Positions 1 through 10,700 are shown, counted from the first letter of the stretch. The stretch: 32,000 nt of DNA from Candidatus Kuenenia stuttgartensis (GCF_900232105.1 NZ_LT934425.1:1560001-1592000); one strand, 5' to 3'. Numbers and translations are program-made. Notes: generated by a model from the letters alone, not told the origin.

Positions 1-885
1 TTTTTCAACCCGAACCTTTGATTCCATAAGGATATCCACTGCTGCAATACATGCCGCCACATCAGGGGAGGTTGCAGCGCTTGAAAAAAGAAAAGGGCGC
101 CCTTTTTGGGACAGATAGTCCGTCAATTTTTTACTCCCCGCTACATAACCACCTACTACTCCAAATGCCTTTGACAGCGTGCCAACCTCGATATCTACTT
201 TCCCCTGCAGTTTAAAATAATCAACAATGCCTCTCCCGCCTTCCCCTAAAACACCCTCGCCATGTGCATCATCAACAATCGTAATGGCATTGAATTCATC
301 CGCAATGTTAACAATTTCCGGCAAGGGAGCGATATCTCCTTCCATGCTGAACACGCCGTCCGTGATTATCAACCGTTTTCCGGCATTACTTTCCTGCGAA
401 ATTTTTCCTCTCAGATCATCAGGGTTACAATGTCCATACCTGATAATTTTTGCCCCGGAAAGGCGGCATCCATCAATAATGCTCGCATGATTCAGTTCAT
501 CAGAAAAAATGACGTCATTTTTGCCAGCAATAGCGGGAATGACTGCCAGGTTTGCGCAAAATCCTGATTGAAAGGAAATGGTGCTCTCCACGTCCTTAAA
601 AAGAGCAAGTTTCCTCTCCAGCTCACAATGCAACACAGTGGTTCCTGAAATTGTCCTTACCGCAGAAGGCCCTACGCCATATGCATCTATCGCCCCCTTC
701 GCAGCAGATTTCAACCGGGGGCTATTCGCAAACCCGAGATAATTATTTGAGCAGAGATTTAACACCTTCTTTCCATCTGCGGTGATCCATGCATCCTGAG
801 GGCCTTCAATGGTTCTTATGTTGACGAAAAGCCCCTCTTCTTCAAGTTTTTCCAGTTCGTCATGAATAAAATTAAGGCGGCTCAT
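1..885 (-). CDS. kbl: Glycine C-acetyltransferase (2-amino-3-ketobutyrate CoA ligase), C-terminus cut by the left window edge
   Basis: Missing from the ORF track because it runs off the edge. Reverse-complement translation from ATG at 885-883 gives [30 protein letters not shown]..., with a PLP alpha-oxoamine synthase pattern ([47 protein letters not shown]). Lies directly downstream of tdh. Confidence 0.93.
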   Translation of the reverse strand, partial: MSRLNFIHDELEKLEEEGLFVNIRTIEGPQDAWITADGKKVLNLCSNNYLGFANSPRLKSAAKGAIDAYGVGPSAVRTISGTTVLHCELERKLALFKDVESTISFQSGFCANLAVIPAIAGKNDVIFSDELNHASIIDGCRLSGAKIIRYGHCNPDDLRGKISQESNAGKRLIITDGVFSMEGDIAPLPEIVNIADEFNAITIVDDAHGEGVLGEGGRGIVDYFKLQGKVDIEVGTLSKAFGVVGGYVAGSKKLTDYLSQKGRPFLFSSAATSPDVAACIAAVDILMESKVRVEK

Positions 886-948
886 TACTCCAGAATCCTT
901 TCTTTAACAGTTGCAGGGGTCTTTCAAATCCATGCAAACGGAATGAAA

Positions 949-1983
949 TTACGGCATGACCTGCAAAACAACCTTTCCACACATGCCATCTCTCATTAGC
1001 TGCATGCCCTTTTCGTAATCTTCCAGTAAAAACGTGTGTGTAATAACCGGTCCAGGATCCACCAGCCCGGAAGACAGAAACCTGGACGTCTTATACCACG
1101 TAGAAAATATCTTTCTGCCGGTAATCCCATATATGCGTATTTTTTTAAAAATAACCTCTCTATTCAGATCAATATCAACAGGGGTTTCATATATCCCCAA
1201 AATCGATATTCTTCCACCGGGAGTAAGAGACTTAAGTCCCTGATCAAGCGCCAGTTTATTGCCGGAAAACTCCAGAACCACATCTACGCCATTTCCCTCC
1301 GTCGCTTCCAGCACACAATTCAGGATATCTGTGTTTTTCGGATTCGCCACAATATCCGCACCCATCTTTTTACCGATATCCAGCCGATAATCATTTGGGT
1401 CAGAAACAATAATGAGAGACGCCCCGCATGCCCTTGCTATACCTACGGCAAAGAGACCAATGGGACCTGCCCCCAAAATAAGCACCGTTTTTGAAGATAT
1501 ATCCTCAGACATTACCGTGTCAACAGCATTTCCAAACGGCTCCTGAATTGTCGCCCATTCATCAGGAATACGAGGATCATCTTTCCACAATACATGCTCA
1601 GGCAGGCTAAGGTATTCGGCGAACGTTCCATCGTAATCAATCCCTAACAATTTACTTTTTCTGCATACTTCTCTGTATCCATTCTTGCATTGGTAGCAGT
1701 AGCCGCATGAAATGTGAGTTTCCGCAGAAACCCTCTCCCCAGCTTTAACAAACGTAACCTCCTTCCCAACCTCCTGCACATAACCGGCAAACTCATGGCC
1801 TATAATACGGGGCGGCGTAAAGCGCTGCTGCGCCCAATATGTCCAGTCATCTATATGAACATCCGTTCCGCATATAGAGGCAACCTGAACCTTAATTAAA
1901 ACATCTTTTGGGCCAAGCTTTGGTTCCGGCATCTTTACCAATTCCAGCCCACTGGCACGATTTGCTTTCACTACCGCCTTCAC
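949..1983 (-). CDS. tdh: L-threonine 3-dehydrogenase, zinc-dependent medium-chain dehydrogenase
   Basis: 344 aa; GTDVHIDDW, GHEFAG, catalytic Zn and structural Cys residues (CGYCYQCKNGYREVC), Rossmann motif GAGPIGLFAVG; paired with kbl. Confidence 0.9.
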   Translation of the reverse strand: MKAVVKANRASGLELVKMPEPKLGPKDVLIKVQVASICGTDVHIDDWTYWAQQRFTPPRIIGHEFAGYVQEVGKEVTFVKAGERVSAETHISCGYCYQCKNGYREVCRKSKLLGIDYDGTFAEYLSLPEHVLWKDDPRIPDEWATIQEPFGNAVDTVMSEDISSKTVLILGAGPIGLFAVGIARACGASLIIVSDPNDYRLDIGKKMGADIVANPKNTDILNCVLEATEGNGVDVVLEFSGNKLALDQGLKSLTPGGRISILGIYETPVDIDLNREVIFKKIRIYGITGRKIFSTWYKTSRFLSSGLVDPGPVITHTFLLEDYEKGMQLMRDGMCGKVVLQVMP

Positions 1984-2129
1984 ACAAAAATCCTTTCACA
2001 AGAACCGTATATTTATAACGCAACTACAAGCGGTATTAAGGAAACCTGTCTGCCGCATAATCAGACGTCGGAAGTCAGAATCCGGAGATCAGTCCTCAGA
2101 CTTCTGATTAAATCGATTTGCATTCATAG

Positions 2130-2864
2130 TCATAGACAATATTCATACAACAGCATGGAGGAAACGGCTATTGCGGCAGTCTCAATTCTTAGAGTCGAAC
2201 TTCCCAGAGTTACCGGAATGCAGCCTTTTTCAACGGCACGTTCAATTTCATTATCAGTAAAACCACCCTCAGGGCCTATAAGGCAAACAATCTTTTTTGC
2301 AGAAGGCCTTTCGCGTAATACAGCTTTCAGGGACATTGCATGACGCCTTAAGCATGGCATGAGTGAAAGGTCGTAATCGCATAAAGTTTTCAAAAAATCT
2401 TCTATCGCCACACCAGTCGTAATTTCAGTAAGAATATTCCGTTTGCATTGTTTGGAGGATTCAATGACTATCTTATTCCATCTCTCCCGCTTTTCCGCTG
2501 ACGTTTCTTTTATCGCCACAACGCTCCTTTCACAATGAAGCGGGGTCAAAGTGTGTATCCCCAATTCAGAACATTTTTGGATTAAGATGTCGGAAAATTT
2601 TCCTTTAGGAATAGAAACGGCTATTGTAATTGAGACGTTCGGCTCCCTGTCAACGACCAGGGAACTCTCAATAAATACTTTTAACCTGGCACGTTGCGTT
2701 TCAACAACAACCGCCTTGTATTCAATGCCTTTTCCATCAAAAAGGGTAATTTTGTTTCCCTGTTTTGCTCTTTTGACGTGTAAGATGTGGTGTGCTTCTT
2801 TTCCTTCAATCCAAATCTCTGAATCTATGGAAACATTGGGTATGAAAAACCGATCCTGGTGCAT
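2130..2864 (-). CDS. rsmE: 16S rRNA (uracil-1498-N3)-methyltransferase RsmE
   Basis: 244 aa; SPOUT motifs (IGPEGGFTDNEIERA, VTLGSSTLRIETAAIAV) and N-terminal HHILHVKRAKQG. Confidence 0.9.
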   Translation of the reverse strand: MHQDRFFIPNVSIDSEIWIEGKEAHHILHVKRAKQGNKITLFDGKGIEYKAVVVETQRARLKVFIESSLVVDREPNVSITIAVSIPKGKFSDILIQKCSELGIHTLTPLHCERSVVAIKETSAEKRERWNKIVIESSKQCKRNILTEITTGVAIEDFLKTLCDYDLSLMPCLRRHAMSLKAVLRERPSAKKIVCLIGPEGGFTDNEIERAVEKGCIPVTLGSSTLRIETAAIAVSSMLLYEYCL

Positions 2865-3689
2865 TTATTGAGATGAGACCGTTGAGGCGGAACTTAACGC
2901 TCTTGCATAATTTATTATCGTATGGTTGGGGCAGACATCAACACATTTGCCGCATGATGTACACTTTTGATAATCAATTACTGCAAGATTGTTTTGCACA
3001 TGAATTGCGTCATATGGACATTCCTTTTCGCAGCGTTTACAAGCAATGCAGGAATCCTGGCATATTTTCTTTGCAACAGCGCCTTTATCTAAGGATTTAC
3101 ATCTCACATGCACCATTTTTGATTCAGGCAATATACTGATGATCTCCCTTGGGCAAACTTCCGCACATTTTCCACAACCTGTGCAGCGTTCCCTTATTAC
3201 TTTTGGCAAACCGTCCTTCCCCATGTACATAGCTTCAAATTTACATGCTTCAACACAAGTACCTAAGCCCAAACATCCATAATCACAGCCAAAAAAACCG
3301 CCGCTAATAATGTTTGCCGCACGGCAATCCTTTACTCCGTTATAGATAAATTTGTTAGTAACACCTTTTGCATGACACATTACAACGGAAAAAACCCGTT
3401 CCTTATTTTCAAATTCGACCCCCATAATATTGGCAACACGTTCCGCCACGGAAGATTGTCCAACAGTACAGCCTGTAACAGGCGATTTCCCTTCCACTAT
3501 CGCCTGGGCAAAGCCGCCACAACCGGGCTGACCACATGCCCCGCAATTTGCGCCGGGAAGCACCTCGTTAATTCTTTCGATACGGGGATCCACTTTCACG
3601 GCAAAGGTATCCGAGGCAATGGCCAAACCTATGCCAAAGATCATTCCTAATATGCCGAGTGTAATTGTTGCGCTTAAAATTAATTCCAT
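2865..3689 (-). CDS. rnfB: RnfB-like electron transport protein / multi-cluster ferredoxin
   Basis: Track ORF 2865..3740. The likely start is the internal Met of MELILSATITLGILG (about 3689). One N-terminal TM helix, GANCGACGQPGCGGFAQAI Fe-S domain and several CxxCxxCxxxCP clusters. Its stop directly abuts the rsmE start. Confidence 0.85.
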   Translation of the reverse strand: MELILSATITLGILGMIFGIGLAIASDTFAVKVDPRIERINEVLPGANCGACGQPGCGGFAQAIVEGKSPVTGCTVGQSSVAERVANIMGVEFENKERVFSVVMCHAKGVTNKFIYNGVKDCRAANIISGGFFGCDYGCLGLGTCVEACKFEAMYMGKDGLPKVIRERCTGCGKCAEVCPREIISILPESKMVHVRCKSLDKGAVAKKICQDSCIACKRCEKECPYDAIHVQNNLAVIDYQKCTSCGKCVDVCPNHTIINYARALSSASTVSSQ

Positions 3690-3770
3690 TTTTGTATCCT
3701 GTACGTGCTTCGTATTTAATATATTTCTGACTAAAGACAAGTTATGTCTTATAATTATAACAATGTACTG

Positions 3771-5444
3771 TTATGCCATTGTTCCAATCATTTGATGGAT
3801 TGGTTTGCCTGAGGGGACCATCGGAAAAACATTTTCATTAGGGTCGACCCTGAAATCCATGACTACGGGTTGTTTTGTGAAAAATGCTTTTTCCAACGTG
3901 GGACGCACATCCTCTTTCTTTTCTATCAAAAATCCTTTCGCTCCATACGATTCCGCCAACTTTACGAAATCCGGATTCCCGTTTAAACTTACACTGGAGT
4001 AACGTTTATCGTAAAATAACTCCTGCCATTGCCGTACCATACCAAGGTACCCGTTATTAAGGATAACAATCTTTACCGGAATATTCAACCGAACCACGGT
4101 GCTCAGTTCCTGAATATTCATCTGGATACTGCCATCCCCTGCAATATCCACCACAATTTTATCCGGGCATCCCAATTGCGCTCCAATTGCCGCAGGAAAT
4201 CCGTATCCCATTGTACCCAATCCCCCGGATGAAAGGAATGTTCGCGGCTTAGTATATGTATAATACTGTGCCGCCCACATCTGATTCTGTCCAACTTCCG
4301 TGGTTATAATTGCCTCACCATTCGTTGCTTCATATATTTGTTCTATCACATACTGAGGCTTTATAAGATCTCCACTATTATTATATGTTAATGGATTTTG
4401 TTCTTTCCATTGCTTGATTTTATCGAACCATTCTCTTCTCTCGACAAAACTGATATGTTTATTAAGTTCTCTCAAGGTATTTTGGGCGTACCCCACAACC
4501 GGTATATCTACCTTGATATTTTTACTTATGGAAGAAGGGTCTATGTCAATGTGGATAATTTTTGCGTTTGGTGCAAATTCATCAATTTTACCCGTGATAC
4601 GGTCGTCAAACCGCGCACCAATTGCAATCAATATATCACATGTCGTAACTGCAAAATTCGCATACGCAGTCCCGTGCATTCCCAGCATACCCAAAGATAA
4701 ATTATGATTTTCCGGAAAGCCCCCAAGACCCATAAGGGTTGTGGTGACGGGGATATTCCCTTTTTCCGCAAGTTCCAATAATTCCTTTGCGCTATCTGAA
4801 GCAATAATGCCGCCACCTGTATACAATACAGGGCGCCTTGCATTATTAATTACCTCTGCGGCAATTTTTATCTGACGGATATTACCTTCATACGTGGGTT
4901 TGTATCCTGGCAAATCTATTTCCGGAGGTATTATTTCTTCACATTCAGCCATAGTAACATCTACGGGCAAATCTATTAATACGGGACCTTGTCTGCCGGA
5001 ATTTGCCAAATAAAATGCTTCTTTTACTACTCTTGCTAAATCTTTAACATCCTTAACTAAATAGCTGTGTTTTGTTATGGGGCGGGTTATTCCAATAATA
5101 TCAACTTCCTGGAAGGCGTCATTACCGATAAGAAATGTTTTTACCTGTCCCGTCAAAGCAACCATCGGAACGGAATCCATGTATGCCGTTGCTATAGCAG
5201 TTGTTAAGTTTGTAGCGCCAGGGCCTGAGGTCGCCAAACATACACCTACTTTGCCTGTTGCCCTCGCAAATCCATCCGCCGCATGGCCTGCGCCCTGCTC
5301 ATGTCTCGTTAAAATAAATTTAATCTGCGATTCATATAATGCGTCAAACAAAGGAAGAACAGCGCCGCCTGGAATGCCAAACACGTATTCTACCCCTTCC
5401 CGTATCAATGCATTTATTAGAATGTGAGAACCTGTTTTAATCAT
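3771..5444 (-). CDS. ilvB: Acetolactate synthase, large (catalytic) subunit
   Basis: Track ORF 3771..5468. Likely start at [17 protein letters not shown]. ThDP enzyme motifs [52 protein letters not shown]...[12 protein letters not shown]. Confidence 0.93.
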   Translation of the reverse strand: MIKTGSHILINALIREGVEYVFGIPGGAVLPLFDALYESQIKFILTRHEQGAGHAADGFARATGKVGVCLATSGPGATNLTTAIATAYMDSVPMVALTGQVKTFLIGNDAFQEVDIIGITRPITKHSYLVKDVKDLARVVKEAFYLANSGRQGPVLIDLPVDVTMAECEEIIPPEIDLPGYKPTYEGNIRQIKIAAEVINNARRPVLYTGGGIIASDSAKELLELAEKGNIPVTTTLMGLGGFPENHNLSLGMLGMHGTAYANFAVTTCDILIAIGARFDDRITGKIDEFAPNAKIIHIDIDPSSISKNIKVDIPVVGYAQNTLRELNKHISFVERREWFDKIKQWKEQNPLTYNNSGDLIKPQYVIEQIYEATNGEAIITTEVGQNQMWAAQYYTYTKPRTFLSSGGLGTMGYGFPAAIGAQLGCPDKIVVDIAGDGSIQMNIQELSTVVRLNIPVKIVILNNGYLGMVRQWQELFYDKRYSSVSLNGNPDFVKLAESYGAKGFLIEKKEDVRPTLEKAFFTKQPVVMDFRVDPNENVFPMVPSGKPIHQMIGTMA

Positions 5445-5642
5445 TGGTTTTTGTAAAAGATAACACAAAAGTTTAAAGCAAACATAAGAACACCTTCAGA
5501 AAACACACTTTCGCGTTCTATTTCTTTACGGTATGTTCAAAGAGGTATGTTTAAATTGAACAGCAAGAAGTCAATTGATGTGAAAATATTGAGTTGTGAA
5601 CTCTTATATTTCTATCCGTAAGGTTTTACTACTTTGCAGACC

Positions 5643-6098
5643 TCATACATCTTCGCTATCAAAATCGCTGGAATCCAAATCATCCATATCTTCATATTTT
5701 GGAGGCTTGTAACCTGGCAGTTTAGACCTTTCCACTTCTTCTTTATAGGCGGCAAGAACTTTTTCCTGTATTTCTTCTCTGCATTTTGAATTTATCGGAT
5801 GTGCGGTATCTGCATGTAATTTTAACCTTCCCGCACCCTTTGATGCCCGCTTTTCATCTAGTCTTGTACCACAATCGTTACAGTATTGAGACATAAGGTG
5901 GTTTTTCCCGCCACAACCCGGGCATCGGTCTGTAAGCTTTCTGCTTGGCATTGCCACAAAAGCCCCTTTATGCCCCTCGATAACCTTCAGATCTCTAACA
6001 ACAAAATCGTTATCAATTGTAATGCTGCAAAACGCTTGTAATCTGTTTTTTTTCGCTTCGGTCAGCTTCACCCTAACTTCAGTTATATTCACGGCCAT
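5643..6098 (-). CDS. spoVG: SpoVG-family protein with an internal zinc-ribbon insertion
   Basis: 151 aa; SpoVG core (VKLTEAKKNRLQAFCSITIDNDFVVRDLKVIEGHKGAFVAMPS ... AHPINSKCREEIQEKVLAAY) interrupted by CPGCGGKNHLMSQYCNDCG. Confidence 0.85.
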   Translation of the reverse strand: MAVNITEVRVKLTEAKKNRLQAFCSITIDNDFVVRDLKVIEGHKGAFVAMPSRKLTDRCPGCGGKNHLMSQYCNDCGTRLDEKRASKGAGRLKLHADTAHPINSKCREEIQEKVLAAYKEEVERSKLPGYKPPKYEDMDDLDSSDFDSEDV

Positions 6099-6110
6099 CC
6101 CCTTTCCTGT

Positions 6111-6998
6111 TCACTTAGTTATGCCTTCGAAATCACTGGCTACCACAAAAACATCACCAATACCAAACGTTTTTAATTTTTGTCCTATATTATTTGCATC
6201 ACTTCCACTTCTGCATAATCCATACACTGCAGAACCACTTCCAGATAAAAGCACTCCACAAAAATCAAATTTTCTAAATTTCTGTCTAATTTCTTCAAGT
6301 TGAGGATAGAGCTTAAAAACGACGTCTTCTAATCGATTGTGCAAATACTTCCCCAGCAGAGTAGCATCGTCTGCCTCTAAGAAACGCAAGGTGAAACTAA
6401 CATCTTTCAAATTTTTTGTCAAGCCAATTTTGAAATTTTTATATATGGTAGCAGTACTTACCTCAAAGCCCGGATACACTATTACATAATGATATATTAC
6501 ACGGGATGGGAATGGCTGAATAATTTCCCCCCTTCCTCTGCAAACAGCAGTATTCTCGCCTATAAAAAAAGGGACATCGGAACCAAGCCTGCTTGCAAAC
6601 AACATTAATTTTTCACTATCATACCCAAGCCGCCACATCTTATTTATGCCGATTAAAGTGGCTGCAGCGTCACTACTCCCGCCGCCAAGACCTGCCCCCA
6701 CCGGTATATTTTTTTCTAAAAATATCTTTACCCCTCTGGAAATACCCGATTCTTTTTGCAACAATCGCACCGCTTTAATAATCAGGTTATTTTCACCCGT
6801 TTCAAGTCCTGGATTTGAACAACTGAATTCCAAACCTTCATTATCTTCCAAATAAAGGTAATCGTATAAACACACCTTTTGCATAACGGTTTCGATTTCA
6901 TGATATCCATCTGGACGTTTCCCTAAAATCTCAAGGAACAAATTGATTTTTGCTGGTGCTGCAATTTTTAATTTCCCCCGATCTTCCCAAAACTTCAT
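6111..6998 (-). CDS. ispE: 4-diphosphocytidyl-2-C-methyl-D-erythritol kinase
   Basis: 295 aa GHMP kinase: APAKINLFLEILGKRPDGYHEIETVMQ, KNIPVGAGLGGGSSDAAATL, LSGSGSAVYGL. Confidence 0.94.
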   Translation of the reverse strand: MKFWEDRGKLKIAAPAKINLFLEILGKRPDGYHEIETVMQKVCLYDYLYLEDNEGLEFSCSNPGLETGENNLIIKAVRLLQKESGISRGVKIFLEKNIPVGAGLGGGSSDAAATLIGINKMWRLGYDSEKLMLFASRLGSDVPFFIGENTAVCRGRGEIIQPFPSRVIYHYVIVYPGFEVSTATIYKNFKIGLTKNLKDVSFTLRFLEADDATLLGKYLHNRLEDVVFKLYPQLEEIRQKFRKFDFCGVLLSGSGSAVYGLCRSGSDANNIGQKLKTFGIGDVFVVASDFEGITK

Positions 6999-7591
6999 GA
7001 CATGTTTCCCACTGTGATTTTTTTTTCGAAAAAAGATATTTGTGTTTCTCTATAACTTCTAGTATCGTACAACTTTAAAAACGAAGCACCTGGAGGTATC
7101 TCCAGCGTTATCTTTCTATGTTGAAACACAACAATTCCTCCCGGACACACAATGTCTTTTTCGAATAATATTGACAAGAGCATCAGCAATTTTTCTCTAT
7201 AAGAACTGTTGTCGGCGAGGGGGTATGGCGGACAGGCAAAAACAATATCAATCCCGTCGGTATTCTGCTCCAGAAAGGGGATGGTTTTAAGCACATCACA
7301 TCTTACGGTTACCGACTTGTTAAGCAGTTTTGTTGCGCTGATGTTTTTTTTTATCGACTGGATTGCAAACGTGCCATTCTCCACAAACAAACATGATTTA
7401 GCACCCCTGCTTAATGCCTCTATTCCAACAGCCCCCGTACCGGCATATAAATCCAGCACACGACTGTCCGGGATGATCTCCGCCAATATGTTAAACAGTG
7501 ATTCTTTCACATTATCCGGTATTGGCCTTGTTTTGTTCCCCTTAGGAGAACAAAGCAAAATACCCTTTGCACTTCCCGCAATTACACGCAC
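6995..7591 (-). CDS. rsmD: 16S rRNA (guanine-966-N2)-methyltransferase RsmD-like
   Basis: 198 aa; MRVIAGSAKGILL...TRPIPDNVKESLFNIL, VLDLYAGTGAVGIEALSRGA; 4-nt overlap with ispE. Confidence 0.88.
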   Translation of the reverse strand: MRVIAGSAKGILLCSPKGNKTRPIPDNVKESLFNILAEIIPDSRVLDLYAGTGAVGIEALSRGAKSCLFVENGTFAIQSIKKNISATKLLNKSVTVRCDVLKTIPFLEQNTDGIDIVFACPPYPLADNSSYREKLLMLLSILFEKDIVCPGGIVVFQHRKITLEIPPGASFLKLYDTRSYRETQISFFEKKITVGNMS

Positions 7592-7973
7592 AATTTTGTA
7601 TCAGACTCTCTCTTATTATTAATACATTGATAAAAAACAAACGACGACACAAAAACCTTCTGTTTATTCACAACATTGCCCACTTTTAGAAAACCTTTAT
7701 ATGAAATAACTAATGCTTTCAAACCTCAGCCATCCCCGGGCTAACACCATACAACCCCTGATAAATTTACCCCCATAATCACAAACTGATTTTAGAAATT
7801 TAAGCATTCAACTATGGCTTAAAATTGTAATATTCTTTAAATACTTTCCGGAAAATATTTATTTTGTTATATCTCCTTCCAAATACGAACAAGCAACCCA
7901 TGTTGTTTTATAAAAATCTCTAGCGCACAAATGGTACGTATATATTAGTCCCAAGTCAAATACAAATTCCGTA

Positions 7974-8002
7974 TTGACACATTTAATAGTTTTTTGTAAT
8001 AT
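7974..8002 (+). promoter_or_regulatory. Candidate sigma70-type promoter for prfB (TTGACA - 17 nt - TAATAT)
   Basis: Perfect -35 hexamer at 7974-7979, 17-nt spacer, -10-like TAATAT at 7997-8002, in the gap upstream of prfB. Confidence 0.45.
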
Positions 8003-8235
8003 TCATGCTTATATATCGGATATTTATCAGACATTACCGATACTATTTCACGATAAAAATATCTTCATAAAACTCACAAATAAAACAAATTCTATTTCCG
8101 TCCGGAATTTTTAAATAATGGTTTTTATATTCAAGATTACCTCTTAAAATTATTAATTCTCTCTTTTGTTGATTTCACACCAAAAATGCCCTTTTTGGAA
8201 TCTTATAACTTTTTAAACAAAGAAACAGGAAAAAA

Positions 8236-9382
8236 ATGACCGAAAATATCAGAAAAGATCTCCCTAACCTTCGTGAACGTCTCATTAACATAAAGGACTC
8301 TCTTTGATGTAGTAAGCAAAGAAAAGGAGCTAATCGAACTTGAAAACAAACTATCTTTTCCGGGATTTTGGGAAAACAAAGATAAGGCGCAGCAGATTAT
8401 TAATAAATTAAAAACTCTCAAAGGAATTGTTTTGCCTCTGCAGGAATTACAAAAAACTTACGAAGAGATAGAATTTCTGGTTGACCTTATGGACGAAGAA
8501 AGCGATGAAAGAACAACAGCGGAGATAGTTGGGGATATTGCATTATTTACACAAAAACTTGAAAAACTCGAGCTACATACAATGCTTGGCGAAGCCCATG
8601 ACCATTGCAATGCTTACCTGAGTATTTACGCCGGGGCCGGAGGAACAGAATCATGTGATTGGGTTTCAATGCTTTTTCGTATGTATTCACGCTGGGCAGA
8701 AAAAAATGGTCACACACTCTCTCTCATTGATTCACTCGCGGGGGAAGAAGCCGGATTAAAAAGAATTACCGTTCTCATCGAAGGCGAATATGTTTATGGG
8801 CATTTAAAATCTGAAATTGGTGTACACCGTTTAGTAAGAATTTCTCCATTTGATTCCAATGCCAGAAGACATACTTCGTTTGCTGCTGTTGATGTACTGC
8901 CGGAAATAGAAGAGGAAGAGGAAATAGAAATAAACGACAATGAATTACAGGTAGATACATACCGTTCATCAGGGGCGGGTGGGCAGCATGTAAATAAAAC
9001 ATCTTCTGCGGTTCGTATTACTCATTTGCCTACCGGAATTGTAATAGCATGCCAAAGTGAACGCTCACAGCATCAAAACCGAAGACGAGCAATCAACATG
9101 TTAAAAGCAAAGATATATCAAATAAAGGAGAAAGAAAAGGAAAGGGAATTATCTGCAGCCTATGACGAAAAAGGTGAAATCGCCTGGGGAAACCAGATAC
9201 GATCATATGTATTACAACCGTACTCGCTCGTTAAAGATTTAAGAACTGGCAAGGAAAGTGGTAATACACAGGCAATGTTAGATGGTGAAATAGAGGGGTT
9301 TATTGAAGCTTATTTAAAATGGAAAATGGCAAAATCAAATTTATTAACAAAAACGAGGAATTATGACAACGTTAAAACATGA
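8236..9382 (+). CDS. prfB: Peptide chain release factor 2, joined by programmed +1 ribosomal frameshift (frame 1 8236..8304, +1 frame from 8306)
   Basis: ATG 8236 encodes [23 protein letters not shown], then in-frame TGA at 8305-8307. A +1 shift at CTT T gives ...[51 protein letters not shown]..., continuous with the track ORF 8432..9382. GGQ motif ([20 protein letters not shown]) and RF2-type SPF. Confidence 0.96.
8293..8308 (+). promoter_or_regulatory. Programmed +1 frameshift signal of prfB (SD-like AAGGA, slippery CTT, stop TGA)
   Basis: Sequence AAGGACTCTCTTTGAT, with SD-like AAGGA just upstream of CTT TGA, matches the known RF2 recoding architecture. Confidence 0.92.
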
Positions 9383-10622
9383 CGACCCGGAAGTCTGGAA
9401 TGCCATACAGGAAGAAGCAAAAAGGCAACAGGAAACAATTGATTTAATCGCATCAGAAAATATATGCAGCCTTGCCGTACAAGAAGCACAAGGCTCTCTC
9501 ATGACCAACAAATATGCTGAGGGATATGTTAACAAACGATGGTATGCAGGATGTGCGAATGTAGATACCGTAGAGCATTTGGCCGTGCAAAGGGCAAAGC
9601 AGATATTTGGCGCTGAACATGCTAATGTACAGCCAAATGCAGGTTCGCAGGCAAATATGGCGGTATGTTTTGCCGTACTAAAGCCGGGAGACCGGGTACT
9701 GGGCATGGATCTCTCACATGGCGGACACTTAACTCACGGCTTTAAAAAGAATTTTTCCGGGATGATGTACGAAATATCCCACTATGGTGTAAAAAGAGAA
9801 ACCGGCTGCATAGATTATGATGAGTTGCGCAACATCGCTCTTGCATTTAAGCCAAAACTCATTATTGCCGGGGCAAGCGCTTATCCGCGAATTATTGACT
9901 TTAAAAAATTCAGGGCTGTTGCAGATGAAGTCGGCGCTTATTTTATGGCAGATATCGCGCATATCGCAGGCCTGATTGCGGCAGGCGTTCATCCTTCTCC
10001 GGTTCCTTTTGCCGATTTTGTTACCACAACAACCCACAAAACATTACGCGGGCCTAGAGGAGGTCTTATTTTGTGCAAATCCAAATATGCAAAACAGATT
10101 GACGCAATGGTGTTTCCCGGAATCCAGGGAGGCCCTTTTATGCATAGTATCGCTGCAAAGGCAGTAGCCTTTAAGGAAGCGATGTCTGAAGAATTTAAAA
10201 AATGCCAGCAACAAACAGTTAAAAATGCACAAGCCATGGCCAATGAATTTGTTAAAAAGGGATACGACATAGTTTCCGGCGGTACGGATAATCACTTATT
10301 TCTCGTTGATTTACGCAACAAGAATATCACCGGCAAAGAAGCGCAAATACTGCTTGAAACTGTTAATATAGTACTGAACAGAAACACTGTTCCTTATGAT
10401 GAAAGAGGCGCAAATGAACCGAGCGGTATTCGTATCGGAACGCCGACAATTGCTTCCAGAGGAATGGATGAAAAGGATTCGGTAAAGATTGCGGAATGCA
10501 TTGACAAAATTTTATCCCGTCCACACAATGACCAGGCAAAAAGGGATGTTAAAAACATAGTAAAAGATTTATGCGCTGCTTATCCATTGCACGAATCAGG
10601 TGCTTGCCCGTCTACAAAATAA
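9363..10622 (+). CDS. glyA: Serine hydroxymethyltransferase
   Basis: 419 aa; [28 protein letters not shown]-lysine motif [14 protein letters not shown]. Start overlaps the 3' end of prfB by 20 nt. Confidence 0.96.
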   Translation: MTTLKHDDPEVWNAIQEEAKRQQETIDLIASENICSLAVQEAQGSLMTNKYAEGYVNKRWYAGCANVDTVEHLAVQRAKQIFGAEHANVQPNAGSQANMAVCFAVLKPGDRVLGMDLSHGGHLTHGFKKNFSGMMYEISHYGVKRETGCIDYDELRNIALAFKPKLIIAGASAYPRIIDFKKFRAVADEVGAYFMADIAHIAGLIAAGVHPSPVPFADFVTTTTHKTLRGPRGGLILCKSKYAKQIDAMVFPGIQGGPFMHSIAAKAVAFKEAMSEEFKKCQQQTVKNAQAMANEFVKKGYDIVSGGTDNHLFLVDLRNKNITGKEAQILLETVNIVLNRNTVPYDERGANEPSGIRIGTPTIASRGMDEKDSVKIAECIDKILSRPHNDQAKRDVKNIVKDLCAAYPLHESGACPSTK

Positions 10623-10666
10623 AGATTAATGTACACATTAGTTTTTATTTACAAACTATCTTATGC

Positions 10667-10700
10667 AACAGGCTGGATTTAATCCAGCCTGTTTTTATAT
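10667..10700 (+). terminator. Rho-independent terminator downstream of glyA
   Basis: 12-bp perfect stem AACAGGCTGGAT (10667-10678) / ATCCAGCCTGTT (10682-10693) with TTA loop, followed by T-rich tail. Confidence 0.85.

Noticed and set aside
227-567. Plus-strand ORFs of 87 and 101 aa
   Set aside because: Antisense to the clear kbl coding frame on the minus strand; compositionally like other shadow ORFs.
8180-8198. CCAAAAA-TGCCC-TTTTTGG hairpin just upstream of prfB
   Set aside because: Only 2 G-C pairs in a 7-bp stem and no gene end nearby; likely chance in AT-rich DNA.
8203-8421. 72-aa minus-strand ORF
   Set aside because: Antisense to the 5' end of the reconstructed prfB; no recognisable domain.
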